Shown here: positions 1 through 15,000 of the stretch, one piece after another
How the letters are laid out: the number at the start of each line of letters is the position of its first letter
Numbering within the stretch: the stretch's first letter is position 1
Assembly: GCA_963976765.1 (NCBI GenBank)
Contig: CAXBME010000003.1
Coordinates: forward strand, 1-64,000
Source: an uncultured Planctomycetaceae bacterium
GTDB lineage: Bacteria > Planctomycetota > Planctomycetia > Planctomycetales > Planctomycetaceae
Length of the DNA stretch: 64,000 nt
Direction of reading: 5' to 3'
Notes under the pieces: model-generated
Told to the model about the DNA's origin: nothing
The model's database searches: none
What the model saw: only the letters and a program-made list of their open reading frames with translations
Position numbers and translations under genes: made by a program

Positions 1-3000
1 AAATCAGCATGTCCGCTCTTCACAACCAACAGCCCCGACTTACCGGATGAGCCCGCAATCAACCACGATCAGCTCAACGTGACTGGAACGGTGACGATTG
101 GCAACAACGTCACCCTCGATCCAATTCTGTTCGCCGGATTCGATCCGGCCGCCAACGATACGTTTATCATCATTAACAATGACGAGGAAGACGCTGTCAC
201 TGGCACATTCGCAGGCCTCGCCGAGGGGGCAACGTTTACTGACGAAAACGTCACCTACCAGATCACTTACGCAGGCGGCGACGGAAACGACGTTGTCCTG
301 ACGTCGCTGTTTACTTCGTTCGTCGTGACGACGACTGCTGACTCAGGTGCGGGCAGCCTGCGTCAGGCGATCCTGGATGCCAACGCGCTGGCTGGCACCG
401 ACCAGATCGTCTTTGACATCACATCCGTTGAAGGTGCAGGCCCGCATACGATCTCGCCGACCACGGCTCTGCCAGTAATCACCGATGCCGTGACGATCGA
501 CGGCTACTCCGAAACCGGCGCATCCGAGAACGCGCTGGCTGTCGGCAATGATGCCAGCATCCAGATCATTCTCGACGGAACCAGTGCCGGAGCCGTGAAT
601 GGCCTGGAAATTCAGACATCTGGCGTAATCGTTCGCGGTTTGTCTATCGTCAACTTCGGCATCAACGGAGTCGAATTCAACGGAACCGGTCACGTCTTCG
701 AAGGCAACTTCATTGGGGTTCTGCCAGACGGAACCACTGACGGAGGCAACTCTGCCTGGGGCATCCGCAGCAACAACGGCAATGCTCGAATCGGAACCAA
801 TGGTGACGGAATCAATGATGCTGGCGAGAGAAACGTCATCAGTGCCAACGATCAGGGCGGCGTGCTGCTGTTCGGGTCAGGAACAACGATTGCCGGCAAC
901 TACATCGGAACAAACGCGGCCGGAACCGCCGCTCTGGGCAACCAGACACCGATTGCAACGGTGACGGGCGGCAACATCATTGGCACCGACGGCAGCAACG
1001 ATGCGTTCAACGTTAATGAAAGAAACGTCATCAGTGGTAACGCAAACGGCATGACTCTCGACGCCGATATAGTCGCGGGTAACTTCATCGGAACCGACGC
1101 GACCGGCCTGTCGGCGATTCCCAACGGCACGGGTATTCAGATCGGCGGAATCGGAGGACGGGTCGGCACCAATGCGGACGGCATCGCCGATGATGTCGAA
1201 GGCAACGTCATCAGCGGCAACACGGGCGTGGCAATCTTTTTTGTCACCAGTGACAGCATTACCGTTGCCGGGAATCTCATCGGAACTGACGTCACAGGAA
1301 CTCTGGCTCTTGGCAACGGCGAAGGTATCGCTGGCTTCCCGTCGGGAATCAATCATCAAATCGGCGGTCCGTTAGCCGTTCAGCGAAACGTCATTTCCGC
1401 CAACTCGGGTATCGGTATCAATGTCGAGGGTTCCGGATTCGTCATCGAGAACAACTACATCGGTGTTGATATTAACGGCACTGATCTCACGCCAGGATCA
1501 CTCGGCAACAGCGGCGACGGAATCGTCGTCCTGAATGCCAACCCTCAGATTCGTAACAACGTCATTTCGAACAACGCCGGTGACGGCATCAATATTTCCG
1601 GTACCAGCGACGGAATCGACGCCAGCGCGGTACTCTGGTTGCGGGCCGAGGGTGATGCGACTGACGAGGTCGGCTCTAACAATGGAACGCTGGAGAACGG
1701 TGCCACCTTTGCGACAGGTTTGTCGGGGCAGGCATTCTCGCTGGATGGTGTCGATGATTTTGTCAGTGTAGCGGACGATCCCACGTTGAACTTTGGTACG
1801 GGCGACTTCTCCGTCGATACCTGGGTCAACTTCGACACGCTGGCCGGTGAGCAAATCCTCGTCGAAAAGTATGTCCAGGCCAGTAATGCGACTGGTTGGT
1901 CATTGACGAAGCTGGCTGGTAACTCAATACAGGTGGCAGTTGGTGACGGTTCAACATTTGCGACAGTAACCTCATCCCCGCTGGCGATCTCAACCGGCCA
2001 GTGGCACCACTTCGCGTTTACGCGTGCAGGTGACACATTCACGGTTTACTTTGACGGGCAGGCTGTCGCGACCAATTCTTACTCAGGCAATCTCGACTCG
2101 ACTTCGACGCTCAAGTTGGGACATCGCGGGGCGCCGGGCGACACTCCAGGATCGACAGACATCCGTGGTTTCTATCTCAACGGCCTCATCGAAGAGACAG
2201 CCGTCTACGGTAAAGCGCTGACGCTGAACGAGATTACTGACATCGTTGCAAGAAACGGTGCCGGCAAGCAGGACACCGGAGCCGTCATTGCAGGTAACAC
2301 GATTGGCCTGAACGCTGCCGGAGATGCGGATCTCGGCAACGCGTTTGCCGGAATCGGCATTTCAAACTCACCGGACAACCTGATCGGCGGTGACAGCCCG
2401 AGTGACCGAAACATTATCTCCGGCAATAATGTCAATGGAATTCAGATTCTGGGTGCAGCATCAGTCGGAAATACGGTTGCCGGCAACTACATCGGAACGA
2501 ATGCCGTCGGCGACACCGCTATCGGTAATGCTAATGGTATTGAAATAGCTGGCGGTGCAACCGATAACCTGATCGGTGGTGAAGAAAACGTCATCTCCGG
2601 CAACACCGGCTTCGGAATCCGCCTCACCGACGCCGGAACTGACATCAACCACGTCGCCGGGAACATTATTGGTCTGGATGCGTCAGGCACCACAGCTCTT
2701 GGCAACAACGTGGGCGTGCAGATCGACGGTGGAGCTGCCAACAACCAGATCGGTGGTTCAACACTCGACGAGCAGAACGTGATCTCCGGAAATACAACGG
2801 GAGTGCTGATCAACGCAGCCGGAGCCGACAATCACATTGTTGGAAACTACATCGGAGTCGACGTTAACGGCACCGACATGGTTCCGGGTACCGTTGGCAA
2901 TACCGAAGACGGAATTACAGTCCTTAACGCCGCCCCGCTGATTCAGGGCAATGTAATTTCGAACAATGCCGGTGACGGCATCGACCTTTCCGGTAGTGGA

Positions 3001-6000
3001 GCCAGTGGCAATATCGACGCGAGTGCCGTAGCCTGGTTCAAAGCTGAAGGTGATGCGACGGATTCTGCCGGCAACAACGATGCAACGCTGATCAACGGCG
3101 TCGACTTTGTCACCGGCGTCAACGGCGGCCAGGCGTGGGAATTCAACTCGGCTCCCGGAGCCACAGGTTCCGACCAGATTCTGGTTGCTGACTCCCCTTC
3201 TCTGGACCTCACGTCAGTAACTCTGGAAGCGTGGGTGTCTCTGAACGTCCTGCCGACTGCAGCCAATTCGATTATCGTCGAAAAAGGAACTTCTAATGGT
3301 GCCGAGAACTACGGGCTGTCGCTAAGGCAGGGAGCAGGAGGGACAGCGGAAATTAATTTTGAGTGGTACAACGGCGGCTTCCACTCAGTCAGTTCTACTG
3401 GCGCCGGTATTCAGGCCGGACAGTTCTATCATATCGCCGCAACTGCCGACGGCAGCACCATTCGTCTGTATGTTGATGGCGAACTGATTCACGACGAAGC
3501 ACAGTCATCTCCACTGCTTCCCAATAACAACCCTCTCTACATCGGCAGCAACGAAGGTTCCAGCTTCGGAAACCGACTACAGGGGCGTATTGACGAACTG
3601 GCCATCTACAACGCCGCGCTGCCCGCCAGCAGCATCGCCACCATTTTCGCCAGAAACGGCGCGGGCAAACTGGGAGCCATAATCCAGGGCAACATCATCG
3701 GCTTGAACGCTACTGGTGACACTGCTCTCGGTAACGCAGCCAACGGAATCGATATTCTGAACTCGCCAGCCAATGTCATCGGCGGCGACAGCCCAAGCGA
3801 CCGAAACGTCATCTCTGGCAACACGGCAAACGGAGTCTTGATCACTGGAGCCATTTCTACAGGCAATGTCCTGATTGGGAACTACATCGGCCTGGACGTC
3901 TCTGGCACGATCGATCTTGGAAACAGTGACAACGGTGTCTTGATTACATCGGGCGCACACAACAATCGCATCGGCACCGATGGCAATGGTGTCAACGACA
4001 CTGCCGAGCGGAATGTCATCTCTGGAAATACAGACCTCTTCTCTGAAGCCAACGTAAACATCATCGACGCACACAACAATATCGTCGCTGGCAACTACAT
4101 CGGCACAAATGCCGCTGGTACGTCTGCTCTCGTGACGACCGGACGAGGTGTTCGTGTCGCAGCCGGAGCTACCTTCAATACTATCGGCACCGATGGCTCT
4201 GCGGACACTTTCAACGCCAGCGAACGAAACGTCGTTTCCGGTAACACAGGGGCAGGGATTTTCATCACGACGAATTCCGACGACAATACAGTGGCCGGTA
4301 ATTACGTCGGCCTGAACGCCGCTGGCGACGCCGTTATCGGGAACGGAGAAGTCGGAATTTCAGTCGACGGCAGTCAGCGAACTCTAATTGGAACAAACGC
4401 CGACGGAACAGCAGATGCGTTTGAGTCAAACGTTGTCGCTGGCAGCGCTGGAGCAGGTATTCAAATCGCCGGTTCTCAGTTCACTACCATCGCAGGGAAT
4501 CTAATCGGCCTGAACCCGGCAGGCACCATCGCCATGCCGAATCAGGGAGGTGGTGTTCTTCTTGGTAATGCTGCCATCAACAACACGATCGGCGGTACAA
4601 GTCCAGCTGAGCGCAATGTTATCTCCGGGAATACTGGTGACGGCGTCAGCATCATTCGCGTCTTCAACAGCACGACACTTCAGCCATCTCCTGACAACAA
4701 CATCGTTGGCAACTTCATCGGAACTGATATCACCGGAACGGCGGCACTGGGCAATACCGGTAACGGTATCTACCTGGAAGAGTTGAACACCACGGTCGGT
4801 GGCGATTCCGCAAATTCCAGGAACCTGATCTCAGCGAACAACGGCGCAGGCATCCTGATTACCGGCAGCGCCGCGACTGGAAATACACTGAAAGACAACC
4901 TGATTGGTACTGACACTAGCGGACTGACACCGCTGACGGGACAAACCTCGGGCGTTGATATCATCGACACACTGGTAACCGTGAATGGAGTGATCGAGGC
5001 AGCCGAAGGAATCACTGTCGCTGCGGCAGGGACTCTGGGCGGATCGGGAGTTGTCAATGGTCCGGTCACGGTTAATGGTTCTCTGACTCCAGGCAACAGT
5101 CCGGGAGTCCTTGCAACCGGCGATCTTGTGCTGAACGGTTCGTTCGATGTTGAAGTCGATGGCGACGGGGGGGCAGGAGTCATCAATGGTCACGACCAGG
5201 TCGACGTGACTGGTTCTGTCACGCTCGGGGGAACGCTGAATGTTGACACGACGGACCTGACTGCTGTTGAGCTTTCGCCGGGCGCCGAGTTCGTGATTAT
5301 TAACAACGATGGCATGGACATCGCGACGGGGAACTTCTCGAACTTCACCAGTGGTAGTGCGGTGATCATTAACGCTGCGGGGTCCGGATTGAACCTCGTG
5401 CTTACCTACACCGGTGGCGATGGAAACGACGTCGCTTTGCAGGCCTTCCGTCCTGAAACGGAAGTTGAAATCGTTGGAGGAAACCTGGTCGTCACGGACT
5501 CGAACGGTGGAGACACCAACGACAGTCTGACATTCACCGCCGACGGCACCAACCTGACAATCACCGACAACAACGGCAACGGCATCGACCTGATCGGTTC
5601 TCTGAACGCCGGAACTGGTGACGGCTCTTCGACAGTCGTCATCCCACTTTCGTCGTTCTCAGGCGGAACGCTTGATATCAACTCACTGGCCGGCGACGAC
5701 TCCATCACGTTTGGCGCGTTGACGCTGCTTTCAGGCCAGAGTCTCGACTTTGATGGCGGAACAGGACTCGACACTGCAACCGTGACGGGTTCCATTGGCT
5801 CATTCGCCAGCAACGTCGTCATCAGCGTCAGCAACGGTGTCACACTTGCTGGAGCAAGCGCCGAGATTTCAACCTTCGGCGGTGACCTCACGATCAATGC
5901 TGATTCAGATGCAAACGGAATGGGGACATTCGCGATCGACGATGCAGCAGGATCGATCAACACATCCACAGAAGGCCCCAGTGGCAATATTTCGATTACC

Positions 6001-9000
6001 GCAGCCGATGTCGAACTTGTCGGCACGATCTTCGCGCCTGACGGAGACGTCCTGCTGGAAGCATCAAACGCAGGTGCATCGATCGATCTGGGAACCACCG
6101 GTGGCTCAGGACAGTTTGTCTTGACCGGAGCTGAATTGGATCAAGTCAACACGCTCGGGCAGTTGACTGTCGGAAATGCCGCGACAGGCAACATTGTCAT
6201 CAATGGAACCGTCGCTCCGGCAAACGCTAATAATCTCAACCTGATCGCAGGCGGAACAGTCAACGATGGCGGCGGCAGCATCACTACGACGAACCTGACA
6301 ATTAACGCAGCAAGCGGCATTGGAACGACCGGAGCCGTCATCACAACAGTCAGCAACTTCGAAGCAGATGGTGGAAGTGGCGGAATTGACGTCAGTAACT
6401 CAGGGAACCTGGTCATTGGCGGATTGACCGAAACTCTGGCCGGCCTCACCACGGACGCGAACATCAATATTGCCTCGTCAGGTGATATCTTTATCGGCGA
6501 AAACATCATCAAAGCGACTGGTGGAGACACCTCGCTGACACTTCAGGCTGGCAATGACATTAAGACTAACGGTGCCAATATCACCTCGGCGAGCAGTCGC
6601 CTGAATGTCACATTGAATTCCGACCGCGACGAAAGTGGATTCGGTGGCATCTTCCTCAATGGAGGAACCGTTATTGATTCAAATGGCGGCAACATCACGC
6701 TTGGCGGCGGAGCCGACCCAACAACAACTCCGGCACGCGGCACCCTCGGGAGTGACGCAGAGGGCGTCGCTTTGCGAGACGCTCAGCTCAATTCCGGAGC
6801 CGGCAACATTTCCATCCTCGGAACGGGAATGGCCGGTTCCGGCTCTGAAGCTACATCCGGAGTCCAGGTCTTTGCCCCCAGCATCATTCAGACGACGACA
6901 GGCAACATCACACTGATCGGTACTGGCGGCACTGGTACAAGTGCCGCCGAAGGTGTCTTCATTGACGGGCTGGTCACCACTGATTCAGGTTCGGTGATTG
7001 TCGACGGAGTTGGCGGAACGGGTAGCCGTCCAGAGGGTGTTCGGTTCTCAGTAAATGGTCGCCTCGTCACAACTGGCAACGCTCCCATCAGCATCACCGG
7101 AGTTGGCAACGGCAGCAGCGAAGGCATCGTTACAACATCGGCCAACAACGTCATCGGCGGCCCGTCGGCCAGTGGCGATATCACACTGAAGTCAGACACG
7201 ATCGATCTGGCCGGAGGCGCCGTGCAGTCAAGTGGAAACCTGACGATTGCTCCCGCCACACCGAGTACGTCAGTCGGCATTGGTAATGGAATTGGCACTC
7301 TCAGTCTGACAACTGCCGAACTCAGTAGACTCGCCAACGGATTTGCATCGATTCACATTGGAGATGAAGCTACAGGTGTCATCGAAGTTCAAGCGGTGAC
7401 GTTCGTCGACCCGGTTACCATCGAAGGCGACGAGATTCACGTCGAGGGGCAGATCACCGGAGCCGACAACGCATCGATCACTCTGTTTGAATTCTTCGAC
7501 GGAGGACCCGGTATTCCAGGGCCAGCCACCACGTATCTGAACGCTCCGATTGTTACCAACGGAAATTCAGTGACGATCGATGACCGGTTGCTCGTTGGAA
7601 CAAATGCCAGCATTGATACAACCAACGGCGGAGCATCGCCTGATGCCAATGTGACGTTCACTCAGCCAGTCGATTCACAGTTCATGACGTCGAACAGCCT
7701 GAGCATTGATGCGGGTATCGTCGGACAGGTGACTTTTCAGAACGAAGTCGGCAGCGATACGCCATTGCTGAACCTGGATGTCGTCGGGACGACCGTATTC
7801 GACGGTGGTAACCTGACGATCGACGGCGAACTCAACTTCGAAGGAGATTTCGTTATCGGGGAAGGCATCGTCAATTTGACAACGCTCAATGCCAGCGATG
7901 TCTACTTTGGCGGTACGATCGACTCGCATACGGAACTCACTAAGCGACTGACAATCAATACGTCGAATGAGGGCGTCACTCGATTTGAAGGAACTGTCGG
8001 AACCATGAACGGTGTCCGATCGTTGCAGACCAACGCGGATGGCCGCACCGAAATCGCCGCCGATATTTTCACCAGCGGAGGTGACATCGACTTCGGTGAC
8101 GCCGTTCTTATCGACAACGACGTACGGATCGAAGCCGATCTCGGATTGCTGACGTTTGAGTCGACGATCGATGGCAGCGTCAACGGCCTCTTCAATCTGA
8201 CAATCGCCGCCATCGGCGAAGCTGAAATCGTTATCAACGGAGCCATCGGCAGCGACGCTTTGGGAGCAGACTCCAGCGATGCCGGTCTGGGTTCGCTGAT
8301 CGTTGAGAACCAGACAAGGTTTAATGGCGGCTCCATTCAGTCAGTCGGTGACCTGACATTTGCCGAGCAGTTAACCATCGGCACCAACACGACTCTCACA
8401 TCGACCGGTACCGGCAACGTGACGTTCAGTGGCAATGTCGACACTGCCGCAGGCTCGCCTTTCAACCTGTCGATCGACACTGGCCTGGGCAACTATTTCC
8501 AGGACAACTCATCCAGCCTGCTCAACACCAGCGGCGGTGACCTGACAATCGCCGCCAGTGATGTCACGCTCGAAGGAACAATTAACACTGGCTCAGGGCG
8601 AGTCACTTTCGAACAGACGCAACCGAGCGGTGAAATTGTCCTGGGGTCTCAGCCTGGCACACTTTCCTTGAGCGACGTGGAAATCGACCAGATCACAACA
8701 TCAGCTGGCATCGCGATCGGTAATACGGGCACAGGCGACATCAAGATTCTCGAAGATATCTCACCAGCCGGTACGAACTCATTGTTCCTGACAACTGGCG
8801 GCAGGATTCTCAGCGATAATCCGGGAGCCGTCCTCGACGTTGCGAACCTGTCACTCAGCGCGGAACAGGGCATTGGCCTGAACGGTCCAGTCAACCTCGC
8901 TGTTAATAACGCCCTGGCAATGGAATCGCAGTTCGGAACGATCGACATCTTCAGTGGTCAAGACATCACAGTTGGAACTGTCGACGGGCTGGCTGGTGCC

Positions 9001-12000
9001 ACCGCCCTTGGCAACATCACCCTGAACGCGACGGGAGGCGTGACACTCAGCTCCGGCGTCACAGCAACCGGCAACGGTTCGATCGAAATCAATGCGGCCC
9101 GGCAGATCACTGTGAATGGTGGAGCGTCGGTGTCATCGACGTCTGGGGCGATTGCCCTGGATGCCAACTCATCGGGTTTGGCCACGGGCAATTTCAGCGG
9201 CGTGTTTGTCGCGGATTCCGCAACAGTCTCATCCACCACCGGTGATATAACCGTGACGGGACATGGCGGCGACGCGGCGAGCAACGGCAATCATGGGGTG
9301 CAACTGGCAGGCACTGCGGCCATCACGTCCCAGGGAGGAAACATCACACTTACCGGACAGGCTGGCGGTGCCGGAGCCACTAATTTCCACGAAGGGGTTA
9401 TCGTCGGCGGCAACGTGACGACAACGGGCTCGGGCAACATCACCGTGAACGGCACCGGTGGTTCTACGGGCACGGTCAACATTGGTGTCGATCTGATCAG
9501 TGGCACGATCTCGACTGTCAACGGGACGGTGGTCCTCAACGGCGTTTCCGGAGCAGGCAGCAGTAGCGACGCAATTCGTCTGGCCAACTTTGGTGGCGGC
9601 GGCTCGGTGATCGAGACCACTGGCAGTGGCATGATCGTACTGGTTGCGGATGCGAGTGCTGGCAGCGGCGTTGGGCTGAACGCCTTCGGAGCGGGTTCGG
9701 CCATCGGCGGTGCTCTGACGACTGCGGACATTTTCATTACGACCGACACGATTTCGCTGGCGGTACCGGTTCAGTCAACCGGCGACCTGTTCATCGAACC
9801 GCTGTCGTCCAACACTTCGATCGGTCTCGGTGGCGGAGCAGGAACGCTCAATATTGACGATGCCGAGTTTGCGACGTTCGACAATTTCCGTCAGGTGAAC
9901 ATCGGTCTTTTCGAAGCCAGCAACTTGATTCAGATTGACGAACTGGATCTCAGCGACAAATCGTTCGACCTGTTTACGACCGGCGGACGCACGGAATTCA
10001 TGGGAACTCTGACGCTGAGGGACGACGGTCGACTGGTTATGGTTGTGGCCGATCAACTGGCCGATCTGCACGCGGGAGCGTCGGACGTCATCATAGGTGG
10101 ATCGAACGGTTCGATCGCTTTCGATCTGGCAGCCGGAGTTGACCCGCTCAGTATCGATGGCAACTTTGATTTCGAAGCCGCTCGTTTTGCCGCACAGACT
10201 CTGACGGGAAGCCTGGCCTTCAGCGTCAACAGTTCATCGACGGTCGATATTGTTGACGAAGTGGCAGGACTGAACACGAGCTTCGGCGGCGACATCCTGC
10301 TCGAAACTCAAGACCTTACAATCTCTGCTCCAGTTCAGACGACCGGTGCAGGAGCGGTTTCGATCGACGCGTCCGATGTCATTGTTCTCGACGACACAAT
10401 TATCAGCGATTCAGGCGACGTCACACTGCAATCTCAGACGGGAATTGCCGGCACTTCAAACTCGTCGATTCAAACGGCCGCCGGGGCGGTGACTCTGGAA
10501 TCCGACGCAGATAACCTCGGTTCTGACGGAACGGTCAACTTCGCCGGAACGATCATCCATGGAACCGGCGGGACAACAATCGTCGTCACCGCAAACAGCA
10601 CTATCGGCGGAGTCATCTCTGGCGCGGCAGGATTGACGAAAAATGGCAACGGCAGTCTGACACTTTCTGGCAGCAATCTGTTTGACGGCGAAACGACGAT
10701 TGCCGAAGGAGTAATTGCCGCCACCAATACGGCTGCCCTGGGAACCACGCTCGGCGGTACGACCGTTGCTGACGGTGCTGCCCTGTTGATCGATGGAGTT
10801 TCCATCGCCGACAACGTGACGATCAGCGGCGTGGGAGTAAACGTTTCTGGAATCAACGCGGCTCTTGCCGGTGCAGGGACCGCATCATTGACCGGTGACC
10901 TGACGCTGGCCGACGACGCTCAGATCAATGCGGCCTTCCGAGGCGGGTCGACGATCTTCACCATCGCGGGAGCTATCACGGAAATCGGCGGTCCACGATC
11001 GTTGACGCTTCAGTCATCGGTCGGCGGTGGAGAGACCATCGTTCTGTCCAACCCACTCAACAATTGGACCGGCGACACGAACGTCGTCAACAACACGCTG
11101 GTACTCGGAGCGGACGAAGTCATCCCATCAGACGGCAACGTAAATGTCAGCTCGACAATCGATCTCAACGGACATGTCGAATCAATCGGCGGCTTGAACG
11201 GAACCGGAACCGTCACCAATCAGGGCATAACAGCAGCGACTGTGACGGTTGGTTCGAATAATGCCAGTGGCAATTTTGCGGGCTCAATCGTCGACGGAAT
11301 CGGCAGCTCAAACCTGACGAAAGTCGGAATGGGATTGCAGACACTTTCCGGGCTGAATTCGGCAACGGGAGTGCTGGCGGTCAATGGCGGAATGCTTGCC
11401 ATCGACGGAACCTGGGGAGGCACCGCGACTGTGGCGGCAGGTGCAACCTTTGGCGGAACGGGTTCCGTCGACGGCAGCGTTACCACTGACGGAACGATCG
11501 CTCCGGGTAACAGCCCTGGAATTCTGTCGACCGGAGACGTCACCTTTGCAGCCGGCTCGGCATTCACCGTCGAAATCGAAGGAACCATTCCCGGGTCCGG
11601 CATTGGCGGCCACGATCAGCTTAACGTGAATGGCTCTGTCACGATCGGCAATCTGGTTACTCTGACGGCGATTCTCGGCCCTGGTTTTGAACCATTCGAC
11701 GGCGACGAATTCGTCATTATCAACAACGACGGAATGGACGCCGTTGTCGGAACATTCGCTGGTTTCGAGGAAGGCTCAACCTTCGACGTCAATGGCCAGA
11801 CGCTGTCTATCACCTACGTTGGCGGCGACGGTAACGATGTGGTGCTGCTCGGTCAGGGCACGGCCTCAACGCTGATCACGCTTGACCCGAGCAACAATCT
11901 GCTGATTACCGACGTGAACGGCGGCGATTCCAATGACACGCTGACCATCGTGTCTGACGTGTCAAACAGTCAGTTCATCATTACAGATCCCGGACGATCT

Positions 12001-15000
12001 CTGACTACCAATGTCGCCGGCGCCGTTCGCGTTGATTCTCGAACCGTCACCGTGCCATTTGCATCGGTCGCTGGAACCAACGTGAACTTCAACCTGCTCG
12101 ACGGCGACGATTCGTTGACGATCGACCTGTCGCTGGGCAACTTCGGGAAGTCCATCAACGTCTTCGGTGGGAATGAACTTGAAGTCGGTGACGCGTTGCT
12201 GATCCAGGGGGGTGCGACATTCGAAACAGTGTCGTTTGCCAATTTCGGTCCTGGACAGGGAACGGTGACAATCACCGACAACCAGTCGATCAACTATTTC
12301 GACGTCGAACCAGTTCGGTCCACCATCGACGCAGACAACATCGCGCTGACTAATCAGTCTGCATTCGGTGAGTTCTCGATTACCGATTCGGGGACCGCTG
12401 GCGAGACCTCAGTAACACCACCGATCGGTGACGGAGTGACTTTCCGTAATCCGAACGCCGTGCTGGCTCTGCTTGGAAACGGAATGACGGACGACATTGT
12501 TAACGTCAACGGATTTGGTTCCGGTTTCGGAGCAGTCATCGGAATCGACGGAATGGGAGGCAACGACGCCGTCAACTGGAATACGACTGAAGTTGTGACG
12601 GCTGTCGATATTGACTCCGCGACAATCAGCATCAACAGCGGAGTGATCAGCACGCTCGGCGATCAACTCCTCGGCGGTAACATACTGCTGCCAACTGACG
12701 CCGTGCTTTCGGGAGCAAACATCGAACTCAACGGTTCGGTCAACGATGCCACACTGCCAGGCGGCGCCACGCTCACGGTGAATTCAACTGGCTCAGCAAC
12801 AGTCAACGCCTTGCTGGGATCATCGGGTGGCCTTGGGCTGGTAACGGTCAATGCGACAGAAGGCTCGGTTGCCTTCAACGGACTGATCAATGACCTGGGC
12901 AACGGTGGGCTCAATGTCAGCAGTTCGGACACAATCACGTTCAACGGCCTCTTCAACGCCAGCGGAGCTGCGGGAATCTCTGCGGTGGCCGCCCGTTCCG
13001 TTACTCTCAATCCAGGTACGAATTTCAGCCTCAATGATGGTGACGTAAATCTCCAGGCCAATCAGCAGCCGACGCCGACGACAGGACCGTTCACCGGCAT
13101 CACTCTGGACGGTGCTTCAATCACCACGTCCAACGGAAACGTTACGCTTGCTGGTCGAGGCGGCGATGTCTTCCTCGGCAATATTGGCGTTGCCGTTCAG
13201 AATGGCAGTACGGTCACGTCGCTGGGTTCCGGATCAGTCAACGTCATCGGCGCTGGTGGCCCCAGCGATTTTGACGGAACTGGCGTTGTGATTACCGGGC
13301 CCGGCTCAACAGTTTCCGCCAATACCGGTGTCATTGTGATTTCAGGAATTGGAGGAACAACAGGCGAACAGAATCAGGGCATCCGAATCACCGACGGTGC
13401 GCAGGTTCAGTCGATTGGAACCGGTCCAACAGCCGCACCGATCAACATTGTCGGCACGTCTGGCGAAGGCAGCAATAACAACGATGGTGTGCAGATCGAT
13501 GGTCTGACAACACGAGTTTCAACCATCGACGGCGACATCATCATTACAGGAACCGCCGGACCGCTTGCTGGCGAGAACAGCCACGGAGTGAAAATCGCTA
13601 CTGGTGCCACTGTTGAGTCGACCGGTGCTCTAAGTTTTGCGGGAGACATCAACATTCAAGGGACTGCAACCAGTGGTCTGGCCAACGACGGCGTCAACAT
13701 CACAGGCGGGTCGCTCGTTCAATCGACTGACGGAAGCATCTCCATTAACGGTGTCGGCACTGCCGGTTCCGGGCTGTCGAATAACGGCGTCGAGATTTCC
13801 GGAAACAGCACGGTGGCCGCGAGCGTCGGCGGATCGGTCAACATTACCGGTGTTGCAGCCGGCACATCCGCCAACGAAGGAATTCGGATCGATGGAGCAA
13901 ACGTCGGCTCACCCACCGGATTCGGGCCGATTAATCTGCACGGCAACACGGTCTTCGTTGCAGGAACGGTCACAAATATCGGCACTGGATCGATCACTAT
14001 CAACGGCGACGACGGCGTCACACTTGCCAATCCATTTACTACGATTCAGTCGGGCAGCGGACCGCTCACGATTGACGGAGACTTTGATTCCAACAATGCC
14101 GGTTCGGTCACCGTGACTGATCCAAGCGTGCAGATTAATAGTGATGCTGGCGGCATCTTTATCAGCGGAGTCAATGCTCAGCTCCAGGGTGCGGTGCAAT
14201 CAGTCGGTGGCGGAGTAACCCTCGCCGCGCCCGTGTCGCTGCAAGGTGACCTGACCATCTCAGGTACATCGGCAACTTTCGAAAACTCGGTCACCGGGAA
14301 CAGCCGCAACCTGACAACGAGTGGAGCAACAACCTTCCGTGGCAACGGCACGGCGTTGAACTCGCTCAACGTGAACGGCGACCTGATCACTGACCCGGTG
14401 ACACTGACCATTGCGACGCCGCTCGTTATACAGACTGGATTCAATGCTCAACTTCAGGGCACCGTCAACGCTCAGATTGTCGGTCAGGCTGGATCCTCAA
14501 TTACGGCAACCGGCAATCTAATCCTGGGAGACAACAGCGCCGCCGGATTTGCAACGGCAGGCGACCTGTTTGTCAACGGGTTCAACGTAACATTGCGAGA
14601 TTCAGACGCTGTTCAACTCGGCAGCCTGACACTGCTTGATGACACCGGCGTACTCTCGGCAGTTAATGGTGTGCAGCTTTCAATGGGCGACGTGCTTTCC
14701 GGAAGCGGTCGAATCATCGGCCCGCTGTCCGCTCAAGCGGGCTCGGACGTCGACCTGAGTCTCAGCACAGGCATCCTGCGAACGGACTCAGTCACGTTCG
14801 CCGCTGACTCGTCGTTCCAGGTCGAACTCAGCGATACATTGCCTGGCAATGGACACGATCAACTTTCAGTTACTGGCACTGTCAATCTAGGCGGGACCAC
14901 TCTTGGCGCGACGCTGACTCAACCTGCCAGCATGGGTGACGAGTTTGTCATCGTCAACAACGATGGCACTGACGCCATCGTTGGAACGTTTGCTGGACTT

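Noticed and set aside
1..78. GTG at 79 as the true start; first 20 codons (KSACPLF...) as a frameshift or junction
   Set aside because: The frame is open and the HDQLNV repeat begins before 79, so 79 is not a plausible start. The first 20 codons match the other module copies poorly, but this cannot be judged without upstream sequence.
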